Positions 29,553-42,417 of a stretch of DNA of 64,000 nucleotides are shown here, piece after piece. Below the pieces are notes generated by a model, which made no database searches, had not been told where the DNA came from, and saw nothing but the letters and a program-made list of their open reading frames with translations. Positions within the stretch are counted from its first letter, which is position 1, and every line of letters begins with the position of its first letter. The translations under genes and the position numbers were made by a program. This DNA is from Penicillus capitatus (lineage: Eukaryota; Plantae; Chlorophyta). The stretch spans positions 118,644-182,643 of the forward strand of contig OZ287713.1 in the NCBI GenBank assembly GCA_965649825.1, given 5' to 3'.

Positions 29553-31927
29553 TTAAAATGGCGATCGTTCCTGGTAGTCATCCTCTTCTATGAAAGCGAA
29601 GTCTGCGTTCTCATTCTCATCTTCATCGTCGGAAGACGTTTCTGCTCGAGGGTTGCGTTTCTTGCTTCCCGGCTGCCGTCGAAGCGTCTCTCTGCCCAAC
29701 ACGAGTTCGAGGACTTCGGTAATGGTCGAACACTCATGAACAATCATATCCGATTGCTTTGGTATCTTGATGCCTCGTGTCGTGCGCGGTACCACAGCCT
29801 AGAACGCAGGCATCGCGATAGTGGGAGGCAATCTTTGTTGCACAAGCTTGATGCCGAGTTGCGAAATTGAAGCGATGCGCTTTTCCAACTGTTCGACATC
29901 TCGAAGCTCGCCGGCCAGACCGAGCTCCCCGATCAGCGCCATGTCTTGACTCTACAAGACACGTTTCCTTATCGCGAAATGTATGGGCGTTACGACAATG
30001 GGCTGATCGAAGTAGGCGGAGGCAACAGCGACAGCAACGGCAAGATCTCCAGCCGGTTCTCTGAGTCGCACACCGCTGGTGACATTTGTCAAGACGTTCA
30101 CACGTTCCAGTTTCATCCGAACGTGACGTCTCAGAATAGCAATGATGGTGTAGAGGCGTGCAGAATCGATGTTGGATTTGTAAGGAATCATCGGGTCTTT
30201 TCGGTGTCGTATGGCGGTGCACAGTGCTTGGACCTCGAGCAACATTGGCCGAGAGCCTTCCATCACCACGGCAAAGGAAGAGGACACTCCCGTCGGCATC
30301 GTCACGCGATTGCGCAGCAACGCAGCACTGGAGTCACACACTTCGGATCAGTTGGATCATCTTGAATGGGTCAGTCGGATATACTTGGGATCCTCGACGG
30401 CTCGATGACGCCCATCTGACATTTCGAAGATGCCGATCTCGTCCGTCGCACCTGGAGCGAATATGGCGGCGAACAAACGAGAGACTTAAGGGTCAGACCG
30501 TAACGGTTTTTGAGGCCTCTGAGGATTCGATAAGATTTGTTGGATTTTCCTTCCCCCTCGAGGTAGAGAACGACATCGACGATGTGCTCCAACACCTTCG
30601 GCCCTGCGAGAGATCCTGCCATCACAGAGAGATGTCACATCATGGCTGGCTTCTCATCGAGCATTGCCGACCCTCTTTGGTGACATGACCGACGATGAAG
30701 ATCGGAATGCCTGTTGCTTTGGCGCACTGACTGAAGATCACTCCACACTCGCGGACCTAGTGCTTAGCTGTCACATCAACTCAGTCTGTAAAGATCTTGC
30801 CTGTTTGAAGCCTCCAGGACTGCCTTCGACGCCAGCGGCCATAACGGACTGGATGGAGTCCATGATCACGGCACTCGGTTTCCTCTTTTTGATTTCGTCT
30901 AAGATATTCTGTACGGAATCCTATCGGAAGCAATTGGGTCGCGAACAAGCATTCCTACGTCGATCGATGTCTCCGTAATGACGTACAGCGTTGCGAGATC
31001 GCCAAATCCCAGCCGCAGAGCCCGATCATAAATCTGCCCTTCGCTCTCCTCCCCTGCACAACTCACTCTTACTATTGAAAAACTCGAATCCTCTTTTCAA
31101 ATACCCGATGCATAGAGTACTGTTTTCTGTGCGGTTGCCTTCCCGTTTGATGACGGGCCTTGACTCTCCTTTTGCTTCGCAATAAGAGCTGCCATCTGCA
31201 AGGCGGCCATCTCGATGGGTTGAGTGAAAAGACTGCTGAGAAGCCTGAAGCAGAAGAGTGCTCTTTCCCACCCCTGGATCACCTCCGATCAGAATCAAGG
31301 TCCCATTGACGATACCGCCTCCTAACACTCGAGCCACCTCCGTTCCTGTACGTTCGTCCATCTCTGGTGTCGCCAAGAGTCATCTGTCCACGACCAGACC
31401 TGTTTTGCCTGGAAGTGTAATACGTTGCATCCGTGTCCCTCGGTCGAGTCCGATCTCTGCCAACGATCTCGCCACCCCTGTACATCATCGCCATCTACTG
31501 CTGTATGCGAGGGATCTCTTTATGTCACACTTGTCGATTGCACCCATGCATTGCCTCGAGCACGAATGGCAGCAGATTCTGTCACGCCATTCTCCAGAGC
31601 CATTGCTGACATCTGTTCAAAGGCATTGCTCGAATTCAGCGGAGCGACCTTGTGCACCACAGTCTCTACTAAACTGCCCGACGCACATAATTTCTGTCTC
31701 TCTTAGAAAAGATAGATATCGACTTACGTTTCTCGTTCGCCACAGAAATGGCAGAGACCGTCGTAGACGGGATGATCTCGGCCGCACTCTGAACAGCGAA
31801 ACACCTTTTTCGGTTTGCTGGTGGCGTCGACGCGGATCCCCAACGTTCGTGCCCATCGCGGCGACGCTGTTCGTGCCGGCAATGACGACGTCGATCGAAA
31901 AGCGACGCGCAAACGATTTAACATCAT
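29553..31927 (-). CDS. radA: RadA/Sms DNA repair protein (organellar, bacterial type)
   Basis: Zn ribbon CSECG...[113 protein letters not shown]. Confidence 0.95.
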
Positions 31928-31977
31928 CGATCGTCCTTCACATCCAAACACAGTTTGTCCCTGCCGACGTGACGTCT

Positions 31978-32701
31978 TCAATTCGGCAGCACCTCTCCAG
32001 TCTTCACCAACACTCTCACGCGTTTACCATCGATCACTCTATGCCACACTTCTCACTCTTCGCCCAAGGTGCTGATGTAGAGAGTACTGTTTTTTGACGC
32101 GGCTCCGGACTTGCTGCTCTTCGGAGTAATGCATGACGTTGGAAAAATGCATTGGCGATTCTGCTCGGTACGTCGTGGCTTTATCCTTCTCCTTCTCTGG
32201 CGCTTTGAAGCGCAGCTGTCACATCACACTGCGATTGACTTTTCATCCGTACATCGCTGGAATCTGACCTTCATGTTCGTCCCTTCCAACCAAACCTTCC
32301 CCGTTTTTCGACAGACCTAGTTTCCGCATGAAGTTCAGAACAAAAGCTGGCAGGAAGCTGGGGAGCTACTCGAGTAATGTCACCTGTCTTGCCCTTCTCG
32401 CTTCCAGCAATGATAATAACGTGATCTCCCTTTCGTACGTGCATCTTAACCTTCTCCACGTTGTTGTTCTTGTTCACTGGGAGCTTCTCCCATTTCTTAC
32501 CGTACCCGATCAGTCCTGCCTCCACAGAAAGCGTCGCTCTCAAACCCTAAAGAAGAATTCGCAGTTCTATGTTGTACGGCCTTGCAGACGTGGGCGCACT
32601 GAAGGTGCAGGTGGCCGACAGCGTGTCAATGTCGTGCCGTGGAAGGTCGAGTTTCGCAGAAGCGTTCCGCGACCCACCGACGCTATCGATGAGCTCCGCA
32701 T
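31978..32701 (-). CDS. rpl24: Plastid 50S ribosomal protein L24
   Basis: Transit peptide, then KMHVRKGDHVIIIAGSEKGKTG (KOW), ESPMHFSNVMHYS.EQQVRSRV, GKRVRVLVKTGEVL. Confidence 0.95.
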
Positions 32702-33380
32702 CGTGGAAAGTGTCTCTTCGCGTAATTAAAGTCGATAGATTCTGAGTTCTGCCGACGTGGCGCGGCCTGGACTTCACTACATTAAGTACTTTGTTCGTAG
32801 TTGACTCGTTCTTTGGCTTAGCTCAGAAAACTGAGAAATCCATAAGACGTTCTGTTTTTCGCCTTGTACGTTTATTTGAGGAGAGACGACAGCGCTCTTT
32901 GGCGGCGGCGGTTGGAGTTCTGTGAATACGTTTGGCCGAAGGAAACCCCAAAAACGCCGAAAACCCTCCTGCTGCACAAGCGTTGCCGTAAGTCCAGCTG
33001 TTTTCCAGTTTTTACAGCGTCCATCCGCGCGAAGCTGCGACGCGGTCTTTGACGGAGGATGGCGGTCGGTGAGCGAATCGAGCGGAAACACCTCGCAAAG
33101 ACATGCGTCTTGTCGGACGGCCTCGTCGAGTAGGCAGAACGCGCCCACACGCGTCTCCCGGCGGCGGGTGAGCCGCCATTGGGCCGTTGAGCTCGGCGAC
33201 GGTTGACGCGTCGCTCTCGACCGGCCCTTCGATTGTCACCCCTTCTCCGATGCGCGACCTTCTGTTCGAGGCAGTACGCAAAGGCCCTCCACGTTCTCTT
33301 TTGCCGATTCTTTGCGTTTTTTGCGCGCGGCCTGCCACAAGCGTCCTTTGAACGTCGCGTCACTGTGACAGGACGGCGAA

Positions 33381-34462
33381 ATGGAGATCGGAGACGAAGG
33401 AACCTTTGAAGGGAGGGTCAGACACCGCATGTCCGGAATGCGGCTGTCGCAGGAAGACACGAACAGTTTTCCCGTTCCGCGTCTCGTTCAGCTCAAACGT
33501 GAAATGGAGACGGAGCCTTTGAACTTCCCTCCATGTTGGTTCGAAGGCTTCACGCATTCGTGTTTAGCTATGACTTCGAGGCCATCACTCCTCGGGGTGA
33601 ATTCGTCTTCGGAACATCAGCACGAAGACGCCACTCTTGCGGATTCCCATTCGAACAACACACATTCTGGCATGCATTTCTCGACCTCTAAGACTGCTCT
33701 TCTGATGGGACGTGTGATGTAGACTCGAGTGGACAGTGGTGCAAAGCTCCTGTTCGTGAAAGCGGGGAAACGAAGACGACTTCCACTCTCACGTGAGTGC
33801 CGATCAGAAAGAGAGCCATGATGTGACAGGTGTTGTTTGACAGTCGAGGTCCAGGGGTGCACGTGGTGAATGGCGTTGTCCGTTATCGTGGCGTCCGTCA
33901 TCGTCCGTGGGGCAAATTCGCAGCAGAGATTCGAGATCCGAGTCAGAGACAACGCGTCTGGCTCGGGACATTTGATACGGCAGAAGAAGCAGCATTGGCT
34001 TACGACGCTGCCGCACGCAAGATTCGTGGCAGCAGAGCTGTCTGCAATTTCAAGCAAAGCACGTCACATCACCTCTTTGGACCGTCACATCGACAGATGT
34101 GTGTTCGTCGTGCAGATGATTCACCATCTACCACTTCACCGCGCAGACAAGAGATGGCGAAATCGGTTGGGGCACGGTTCGCGGGGGTAGCGGGGACAAG
34201 ACGCCGAAATAAGAAAGCGCGTTTGGAGGTGGAAGAAGGTGAAGGCTCATGGACAGGTCATCACTATCCGCAACAAAAGACGATGATAAGAGACGAAAGT
34301 GCCACATCGTCCAGAACGACGAACTGCAGCACAACGAGTCGCCATGCGACGTTTCTCGGATCTCCACGCGATCGAAAGCTGCTGCGTAAAATCTTTGAAG
34401 ACGTGGATCTGTTTGAATCCGCTTCCGCTTTATTGATGCTGCGCGACTCTTCTCGCGCTTGA
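33381..34462 (+). CDS. AP2/ERF transcription factor with a C-terminal LLML motif; 3 or more exons
   Basis: [55 protein letters not shown]. Upstream exons join via a GC-AG intron (33670-33722) and a GT-AG intron. Confidence 0.95.
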
Positions 34463-37400
34463 CGTCTGTCGGTCGGTCGGATGACGATGATCATCATAAA
34501 GGATTGTGTATCTTCTTTATTGAATTAGTCCTCCTCCGCCACTCTCTCAGTCGATCATAATTTTTGAGATTTGCATTCTCGGTGAAGAAAAAACCGCGAG
34601 AATGACGGTCTTGGCTTCAAAACCACATGAAAAATGTGGATTGTACATACATCTAATGTGTCCCGCTCATCGCGAGAATACTCACTCCCGGGCACATTTA
34701 ATAAATGCCGTGAGTCAGAGCACTCATGTGAGCATGTGTGTTTTGTTTTCAGTGTCACCTCCACAGGTGCTAGGGACTAGGCATTCCGCGGTACTTCAAT
34801 GTGGCAAGTAGCTGAATACTCTTTGTTGGCAGCTTGTTTGTCGCTGTCGATTATTGCGAGGCGATATGGAGAAAATTACAATCTTGAAATGTGCTCGTGA
34901 CTATGTACCTCGAGCTTCTGTGCTTCATCCTTGTTCTGCTTGTTCGGCCTCTTAACTGAATGCTTAACAAGTAAAACTAGGGCTGAATAGTACTATTAAG
35001 CTATCCATTCGTGATCGCATATGGACGTTAGTGTTGTCGCGATCCGCGACTTTTGCGTTGCAAGGTGTTTTACTTTCATAGCGGCATGCAGATGTACGAA
35101 ACACACGGACTCGGACAAATGAAATTGTTTCATACCTCCTTTGTCCCTTGGCAGTCATTCTTCTTGTCTTTACAGTGAGAATCGCTCTCTCTATGCCGTT
35201 TAAAAGGTACAGTCAATTTTCCCTTTCTCCGGGAGCAAATGATGTATTACCTTTGCTTAAAATAACTCGCCTTTGGAAAGAGAAGTGAATTCTGCCAATA
35301 AATCTATTCGCCGCAAAGGGATATAGTCTTGAAGGATTTCCATTGTTGCACAAGGATCTTCGAGAACGCTTCCAATTTTCTTTCAATTCATTCTTCTGCC
35401 AAAACTGTGAAATGTGTTCGCTGGGCTTCCGAGTAACGCGTGATGTTTCTTCCTTCTCGGACCAACAATAATGCATACACACTTTGTAAGGAGCGTGTTC
35501 TGAAGCTGGTTGGAATCTAGGAACATTTCCTAAAACTTGAGTTCATTCTTCGCTTGTAACGAATATCAAAGTGACAATGTCTTTAAGAAAACATGATTCG
35601 TTGGACTTCACTTTAAGTTCTCTCTTCGCGATCGTAAAGAGATCTTTGCTCAGCCAGGATCCACTCCAATGAAGGAATGCTTTTGTCTTTGTATTACGCC
35701 GCAAATTCGAAGCCACGTCAGCCATAAACGTTCCTTCTCTTCTTCACATGTTTTGTCTTTGGGCGTGATGAGACCGAGGATAAGCAGAGTGAGTCATGGA
35801 CGTCTCGGAGCTAGAATACAAAGCAGAAGAACGTCATTAGTTACAAAAGTGGCTATGACGTCTCTAATCGTCAAGTGTCACGTTCCGATGCGTTGGCATA
35901 TATAAAATGCAGCAGGTAGAAGGTTCTAGTGCTAATTCTGGGAATCTTGGGCTTGTGCGTAACAGTTAAAGAGATCCCAACACCATCACTTGGGAAAGAA
36001 CGGTACTTGATCCTTAAGGCAATCATCGTTCCTAATGCTCTCCACCTTCAATCGCAAGGTCTTTCTATGTGCCGTTAAGTCTTCCTACGTCTTTTGTTTT
36101 TACGTTTTTGACGTCTTTTTTCAATCCCAAGTACTTTCGCTTTCTTCGTTTGAGCCTTCTTTTGCATTCCTTGTTTCGTCAAATGCCTTTTTCAAATCCA
36201 AGATACGAAAAAAAAAACATAACATTAAATGTTAATCGACTACTGTCTTCTTCGAGATGCGCTCTGTAATGTAATGACAACAAGGCTCTTAATGCATTAA
36301 TATCAAAACATAGGAAGTTTCTTCCTTCTTCCTTATTTCCTAGTGGTCTCGCGAGTTTTTGATCGCTCTAGTCATACACGACAATTGTCTACAAAATCAA
36401 ACAACTCGTTCGAAAGTTTAAGATGTTAGGTGGATAACCCTCATCTAACCTTCAAGCGCTGTGCAGCACATGACGGATGCTTTGCGTGCATTGGCAACAA
36501 CTCATCAGACTTCTTTGTCAATGGCTGCTTAATGAGCTTTAGGTTGCTTTCTTGACCGGCATCAATGTCAAACCCCCTTCTATACCTTCATCTCGTCTTC
36601 TTCGATCCAGCATGGTAAACGGTGATGTCAATGCTTTGTGTTAGATTCTCAGATGTGTAGTTCTCTCACCGCTCTCTCCTAGACTTATTTAGAAATTCTT
36701 CCCAGTTGTGTGGATTCAAGTGCATAACAGTACTTTGAGGAATTTCTGAACAGTTTTAGATGTAGTGGTATAACTTATTCAAAGGATTCAATTCCTGAAA
36801 AGTGACTGCTTGAAGAAAAACGGCCTCACTTATCCCAAAAAACAAACCAGTATGAAAAGGAACATCTTCTGCATTGTTACAGCAATAACTTGGATTCCAG
36901 TTCAAAGCATCGATATTTAAAGCTAAGTGGGCTTCCATGCTAAACGAAAAGACATTGCACACGATGATGCCTAACGTCGCATACATTTCCACCTCAATAA
37001 AGAATTGATTTTAAACCAATTGTCGAAATTTGAAGGCATATTGTCGCCATAATGAAACGTATACGAATAGCATTCAGCATAAGTTGTTTTCAATGACGAC
37101 TGCTACAAATTTTTCTTGCCAAACGATGTCCACAGATCAATCTTTGGGTATGTCACGCTCTCGTGTGACTGTCCCATCGTCTGCCTCGTTGATCGAGGGT
37201 GCTGTCTCCGAAGGGGCGCACTTACATGAGGTTTACGTCAACCCATGAGTCCTTTCCCGTGGTCCTGATGGACAGGTGACTCATCTGTCATGTCACCGGT
37301 GGCGTACAAATACACGAACGTGGACCCATGTATACCTTTGCTCTGTAAGAATTATAAAGTCTTCCGCTGGCAATCTCTAAAGCGCGGCGCGTCTCTCCCG

Positions 37401-38600
37401 CGTGACAGGGTAATGGCACGCAACTTGGCAATTTGGTATGTCTTTTTTGAAACTTGGCTCGGCTTTCAACTCTTTTCTAGCAGAATGTTGCGAAGAGGGA
37501 CGTAAGATGACGAATTGATAAACAATCATTATCTTAAGAATGTCAGTCAAACAATGTTGTCTTCGACAAGGGGTCATGTCATTCTGTCTTGTGATGAAGG
37601 GGTTCATCGCGCAGAGAGACACTGATGACTCATCTGAGGCGTGTTTCTGTGGTGTTTGAACCTGTCTCGATGAGTCACATCAATTTTCGTGTATAAATGT
37701 GCGACTCTGAACTTTGAAATGCTTCTGCTCCGAGCCTGTAAAAGACTTCCGCTGCATTGATCGTTCGAGCGGCCCGGCCCGATACAACAACAGTCGTGTA
37801 AGACTCTCTTTGATGTGCTCTTTGACTTCCTCGATACTCTTGTTGGTTGAGAACGTCATTACAATGTCCTTGGTTGCACCATTTTTGACAATTTCATGAT
37901 CCAGCTCGGCTGCAGATTATAATCGTTACCGCACTTTAGCATAGCCTCAAAAGTTTGTCGTTAAGCATTCTATGTAGTCCACATATAACGCCAAATCGCA
38001 TATGAACAATTAAATATGCTTACCCGCGTTGCATAGAATTCTCAAGCAGTATGACCCACACTCGAGTGGAACTAAAGAAGTAATTTTAACGGTTCATAGG
38101 TTTGTTAGTTATTTGAAGTACGGTGACGATTGTGGCGTCCGTTTCACGAGGAGTGTTTAAAAGCGTGAAACAAAAACGGACAAGTACTACGAATGTCTCG
38201 TGTGTCTTTAACGTGAAAGTCGCCTCCTCTCAACAATCCAAGTGCGAGAAAAGCAGAAGCGAAACCTAGTGATACTGGCGTCTACTTACGAATGTTTTCT
38301 CGAAAACATAATTGACTTCTAACTACGATTATATGCCGCACAAGCATACACACCGCATTCGGCACCTCAGTTGATGTGAAGTAAAACGAAGTGACATGGT
38401 GACGCGACACGCAGCTGTCGCTATCAAACAAACGTTGCTTGGGTCGACGTCATGCAAGACAACCTTGCGAATCGTATGTTATGTAAAACACGCGTACGAG
38501 ATGCGATGCGAGTTCTGCATCGGTCACATCAACATCCTTCCATTTCAAACTCGTTATCGCGTTTTTAATCCCTGAACTCGTTCCCTGCACGTTGAGCGTC

Positions 38601-39452
38601 ATGGCTGACCGTTTGCACCTTCCCATCAGCAACAAAAAACGTCAGTCCATTCGCGTTTTCTCTAACGTCGGCGACGTTGTTATGCGCAGTCGAGGACATT
38701 CTAATGTGGCGCGATGCGCGTCTGTCGGGAAGTATATTTGGCGGTTTCACTGTCGGGTACCTTGTCCTCGAGTGGAGTTCTCTCTCCATTTTCTGCCTCG
38801 CCGCCTACGCATTGCTCACCATAATTGGCGGCCTGCTCGTGTGGCACTATGCAGCACCTTTTGTGAAAATGTAACGCGGCGCGACGCATCCATAAAAGAT
38901 ATGTCACCCTTGTTATGCGCGACAGGAACCCTCCCATCCCCTCTTTCATTCAAGACGGCCTCTCCGAGGAAGAAGTGAAAAAACAAGTCGAGAAACTTCT
39001 GCCTAAAGTCAACGAAGTCCTTGGTGAGTAAAAAACTGATCGAAGCATTGATCATGAACAATGTGATGCTGTGCAGCAATGGTCCGTCGTGTCATCAGCG
39101 GTCAAGATCTCATGCTCTCTGCCAAAGTCGGCCACTCGTTCAATCGTTCTGCTGATAGATGACATGCAGGTGTTGGGTGGACTGTATGTGGTGGCGCGAA
39201 TCACATCCATTTTCTCACTCTTGACGCTGACCTACCTGGGTAATGAAAGGCATGAAGATGGCATAGGGCAATATGTATACTCTAGGTGTTTTGGTGGCGT
39301 TCTTGGCACCAAAGGTGTATGAGATGCGCAAAGATGAAATCGACGGATACTTGGAAGTGGCTAAAGAGAAGCTCAAAGTTTTCTACAAACAGCTGGAGTC
39401 CTCACTGAAGAAGATTCCTAGTGCCAAACGTGTGACAAAGAAAACGGAATAA
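38601..39452 (+). CDS. Reticulon (RTNLB) family protein; 6 exons
   Basis: EDILMWRD, two long hydrophobic hairpins, and LTLTYLG...F..PKVYEMRKDEIDGY. Confidence 0.9.
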
Positions 39453-39603
39453 GAATTGTGGATCTGTGTCGAAGACATTATCTTATCCCTCGTAAAAGTT
39501 TCCGTAAATGAGGAACACTACGAAGTCGTTGTGAAACGGATGAGATGTTGTCGTCAATAATAAGAGTTGTTTTTCGAAGCGTCTCTTCTCTACTCGGCTC
39601 GAC

Positions 39604-41690
39604 TCATGTCCGCATCTGCTCTTCGATTTCCTCCAAGCTTCGGCCCTTTGTCTCTGGCACTGTAGAGAGGATGGAGATGACACTGATCACGCCTGGAAGA
39701 TGGATTCGTGGAGAAACAGGAATGGTTAGGGAATCTCACCGATGAAGGCGAAGACGAGATATTCCGCTGAGAGGCCGATCGTATCATTCAACACAGGAAA
39801 CAATAAGCTCACCACAAAATTCGAACCTGCAACAGAGAACGGTGCGCATCGCTACTCAATGATCGTAACGTTACCGAAATTTGTGAAAGTACACAAGGCG
39901 ATGCCTTCGGTGCGCACTTCGAGTGGATACAATTCGCCAACCAACAACCACACAATAGGACCAAAGCTAAACTGCAGGACACACCCAAAAATATCAAAGG
40001 TGCGGAGTGGACATAGAATACAACTGTGCTGTACTTGATAACAGCCGACATAGAGAAGGAGGGCCGCGACGCCTCCCCAGGCTGTTGCGGTACTAAGGGA
40101 TGGTACAGCGTCTTCCAACCATTTGCAAAGACTTAATAGCACCAAGGCCCCTGTCAAACCACTCACCTAGCCAAAAACTCTTGCCCACATATATTTCTTG
40201 ACGGTGGACAAACTCCGCCGATCAGAAGAGGTCGTCGGCCAAGAGATTCCACTCGGGAGGCGGAGACAATCGTAGCCAACAGCTTCCAGACACCCATTAC
40301 CACGGCAGCCGCTAAAGAAAAAATGAATAAGTATCACTCAGATGTGTTTTCTGATCTCCTGCCTGAAGCATCGGACGATTCTGAAAAGATCTCAGCCTTC
40401 TCGAAGATCTCTTGAGCGTAGTAGAGGACAGATGGTTGTCCAGTTGCTTGCTGAAAGAGGACGAGGGAGACGGTAATGTACAACGGCTTCCAGTTCCGTT
40501 TTTGAAAGAGACCGATCGATTTTTCATTCTCGGTACCCACAACCGTCTGCATCATTTCTATCTCTTGTTCCATGATGCTCTCTTTATCCGGAATCTTGCC
40601 GAGCACAGATAACACTGCCTCCTTTGCTGCATCGATTTTCCCTTTGAGAATGAGATATCTCGGGGATTCTGGAAGAAACACCTACAAGAAGACTTAAAGG
40701 GGTTTTGGATGGAATGCAGGAACATACCACGCACAGTGCATACGTAAGAATGATCGGAATTGACATGCCATAATCCCATCTCCAGCCTCCGACACGGTCC
40801 ACAAAAATAAAGGAGACAAGATAACCCAGCAAGATTCCTGATCAGAGATATCCACCGTCGTGATGCTGCAGAGCGAGGAAGTATACCGAAAACGATCAGA
40901 GCTTCCTTGGCAGAGATGAAGAGTCCACGGAGTGAGGCAGGAGCCGTCTCTGCAATGAAGGACGGTCCACCATGCATCGCAAATGCAATCCCTAGACCTG
41001 TGCACAAGCGCGCCCATCGCCCAATCCCTCTTGTATCTTATGGGACACACACCATAGATAGACCGACCGCAGCAGAGAACACCGTAACTGTTTGCTGCCA
41101 CTGTCAGAACAATCCCAATGCCTAAAACCTCGCTGCCCTGTTTAACTCTTTTCGCATCTGGGATGAAAGCAGACCGTATGCGACAGATGCCAACTGGAGT
41201 TCTGTCTTCCTTCCAAGTTTAGAGCCATAGAAAGCAATAAATAATGATCCGGCCATGGCACCAAGCAACGAACAACTGACAGCCAATCCTTCCTGAAAGG
41301 AAGTCAGATCATACCTACAAGATGCGCCGAATCGGCTGGAGACTTGCAGTGAAAACGAGACGCACCAGTCCATGCCACTCTTGGTGGCAGACTTGATGGA
41401 ATCTATGGCACCTGACGTCGCACCGATATCATAGCCAAACAGCAGACCGCCCAACTGAGACGAGATCCTGTGTCTCGTGGCGTTTCGGTGCGGCGAAGAT
41501 GACTTACAGCTGGGATAAGAAAGAGCAGGCCGGCACGCAAGTAATCTATTTTCCTGTCCACTTGTGACGATTCAGAGAGAACAGGCTCATCGATAGTATC
41601 TTCTTCAAGGGCATGCACGATGAGTAGGGTTTTCTCTGGATCCTGAAGGCATTCCATATCATCCAGGGCGCCACTTTCGTGGAGAGTCAT
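39604..41690 (-). CDS. Sugar porter family transporter (D-xylose/H+ symporter-like, VGT-type)
   Basis: PALGGLLFGYDIGATS, GRKTELQLAS, IAETAPASLRG...KEALIVFGILLG, LPESPRYL, FQQATGQPSVLYYA, SFGPIVWLLVGELYPLEVR, VPETKGRSLEEIE. Confidence 0.95.
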
Positions 41691-41953
41691 CTCACATTTG
41701 AACGCATGTTGCCTGAGTGGTCACTTCGACGAATTGCCTTGACCTTGCCTGACTACGACAATGAAGGAGAGCACGTGTCGAGGCGGAAGCGACTTGGTGG
41801 AAAAAAGGCGGAGTGATGTAATCGTTGGGTAAGGATGACGGAGCGTTGGCTGTAGGGCCCTTGTCGGACGGGCTTCGGTGTGCCGAAATGTCGATCCATT
41901 TGTTGCGATGACGCGATGCAGGATCATGGCCCTCGTGGCAACTCAAACAGCAG

Positions 41954-42358
41954 ATGTGTATAACGCAGCCTTTCTATGGCGAACGGAGCACGTGGCAAAC
42001 TGTGCACGACTCAAAAGGCATGCAATGTGCAAACGAGATTTCAGCAAAAGAAGAGACTCTCTCGACGTTGACATATTCGCGTCTTCGCCACAGTGTTCTC
42101 GGCGATATGGCTTTCATGTTGAGCACTATATCCATGGAGTGCATCGAAGAACTCACCAACCGAGTTCTCCTCAGGAACGCTATAGACAACCGACAGCTTC
42201 GACAGAACAACACCGATGTGTGTCGAGTACTACGTTTTCTTCCCTGATCATTGCAACAGAGATATACAAGGTGGTATGATACGACGGCGGCAGACGAAAA
42301 GACTGGGGATGTCCTTCGGGTCTTGGCGACGACACGCACTAAAATCGACACAACCTAA
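41954..42358 (+). CDS. Possible small hypothetical protein
   Basis: ORF 41954-42247 joins via a GT-AG segment to RYTRWYDTTAADEKTGDVLRVLATTRTKIDTT*. Start uncertain; no family recognised. Confidence 0.25.
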
Positions 42359-42417
42359 ACGGCATAACGGTCACGGTCCTTAAACAATTGGTGGTGGATT
42401 CGGAGAATTCAGACGCG

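Noticed and set aside
29553-31927. Recent horizontal transfer of bacterial radA (also cruP and class II DAHP synthase)
   Set aside because: All carry spliceosomal introns and transit-like N-termini, and they are known nucleus-encoded organellar genes in green plants and algae.
32777-33363. Overlapping Arg-rich ORFs on both strands between rpl24 and AP2
   Set aside because: No motifs; best explained as a GC-rich divergent promoter or 5' UTR region.
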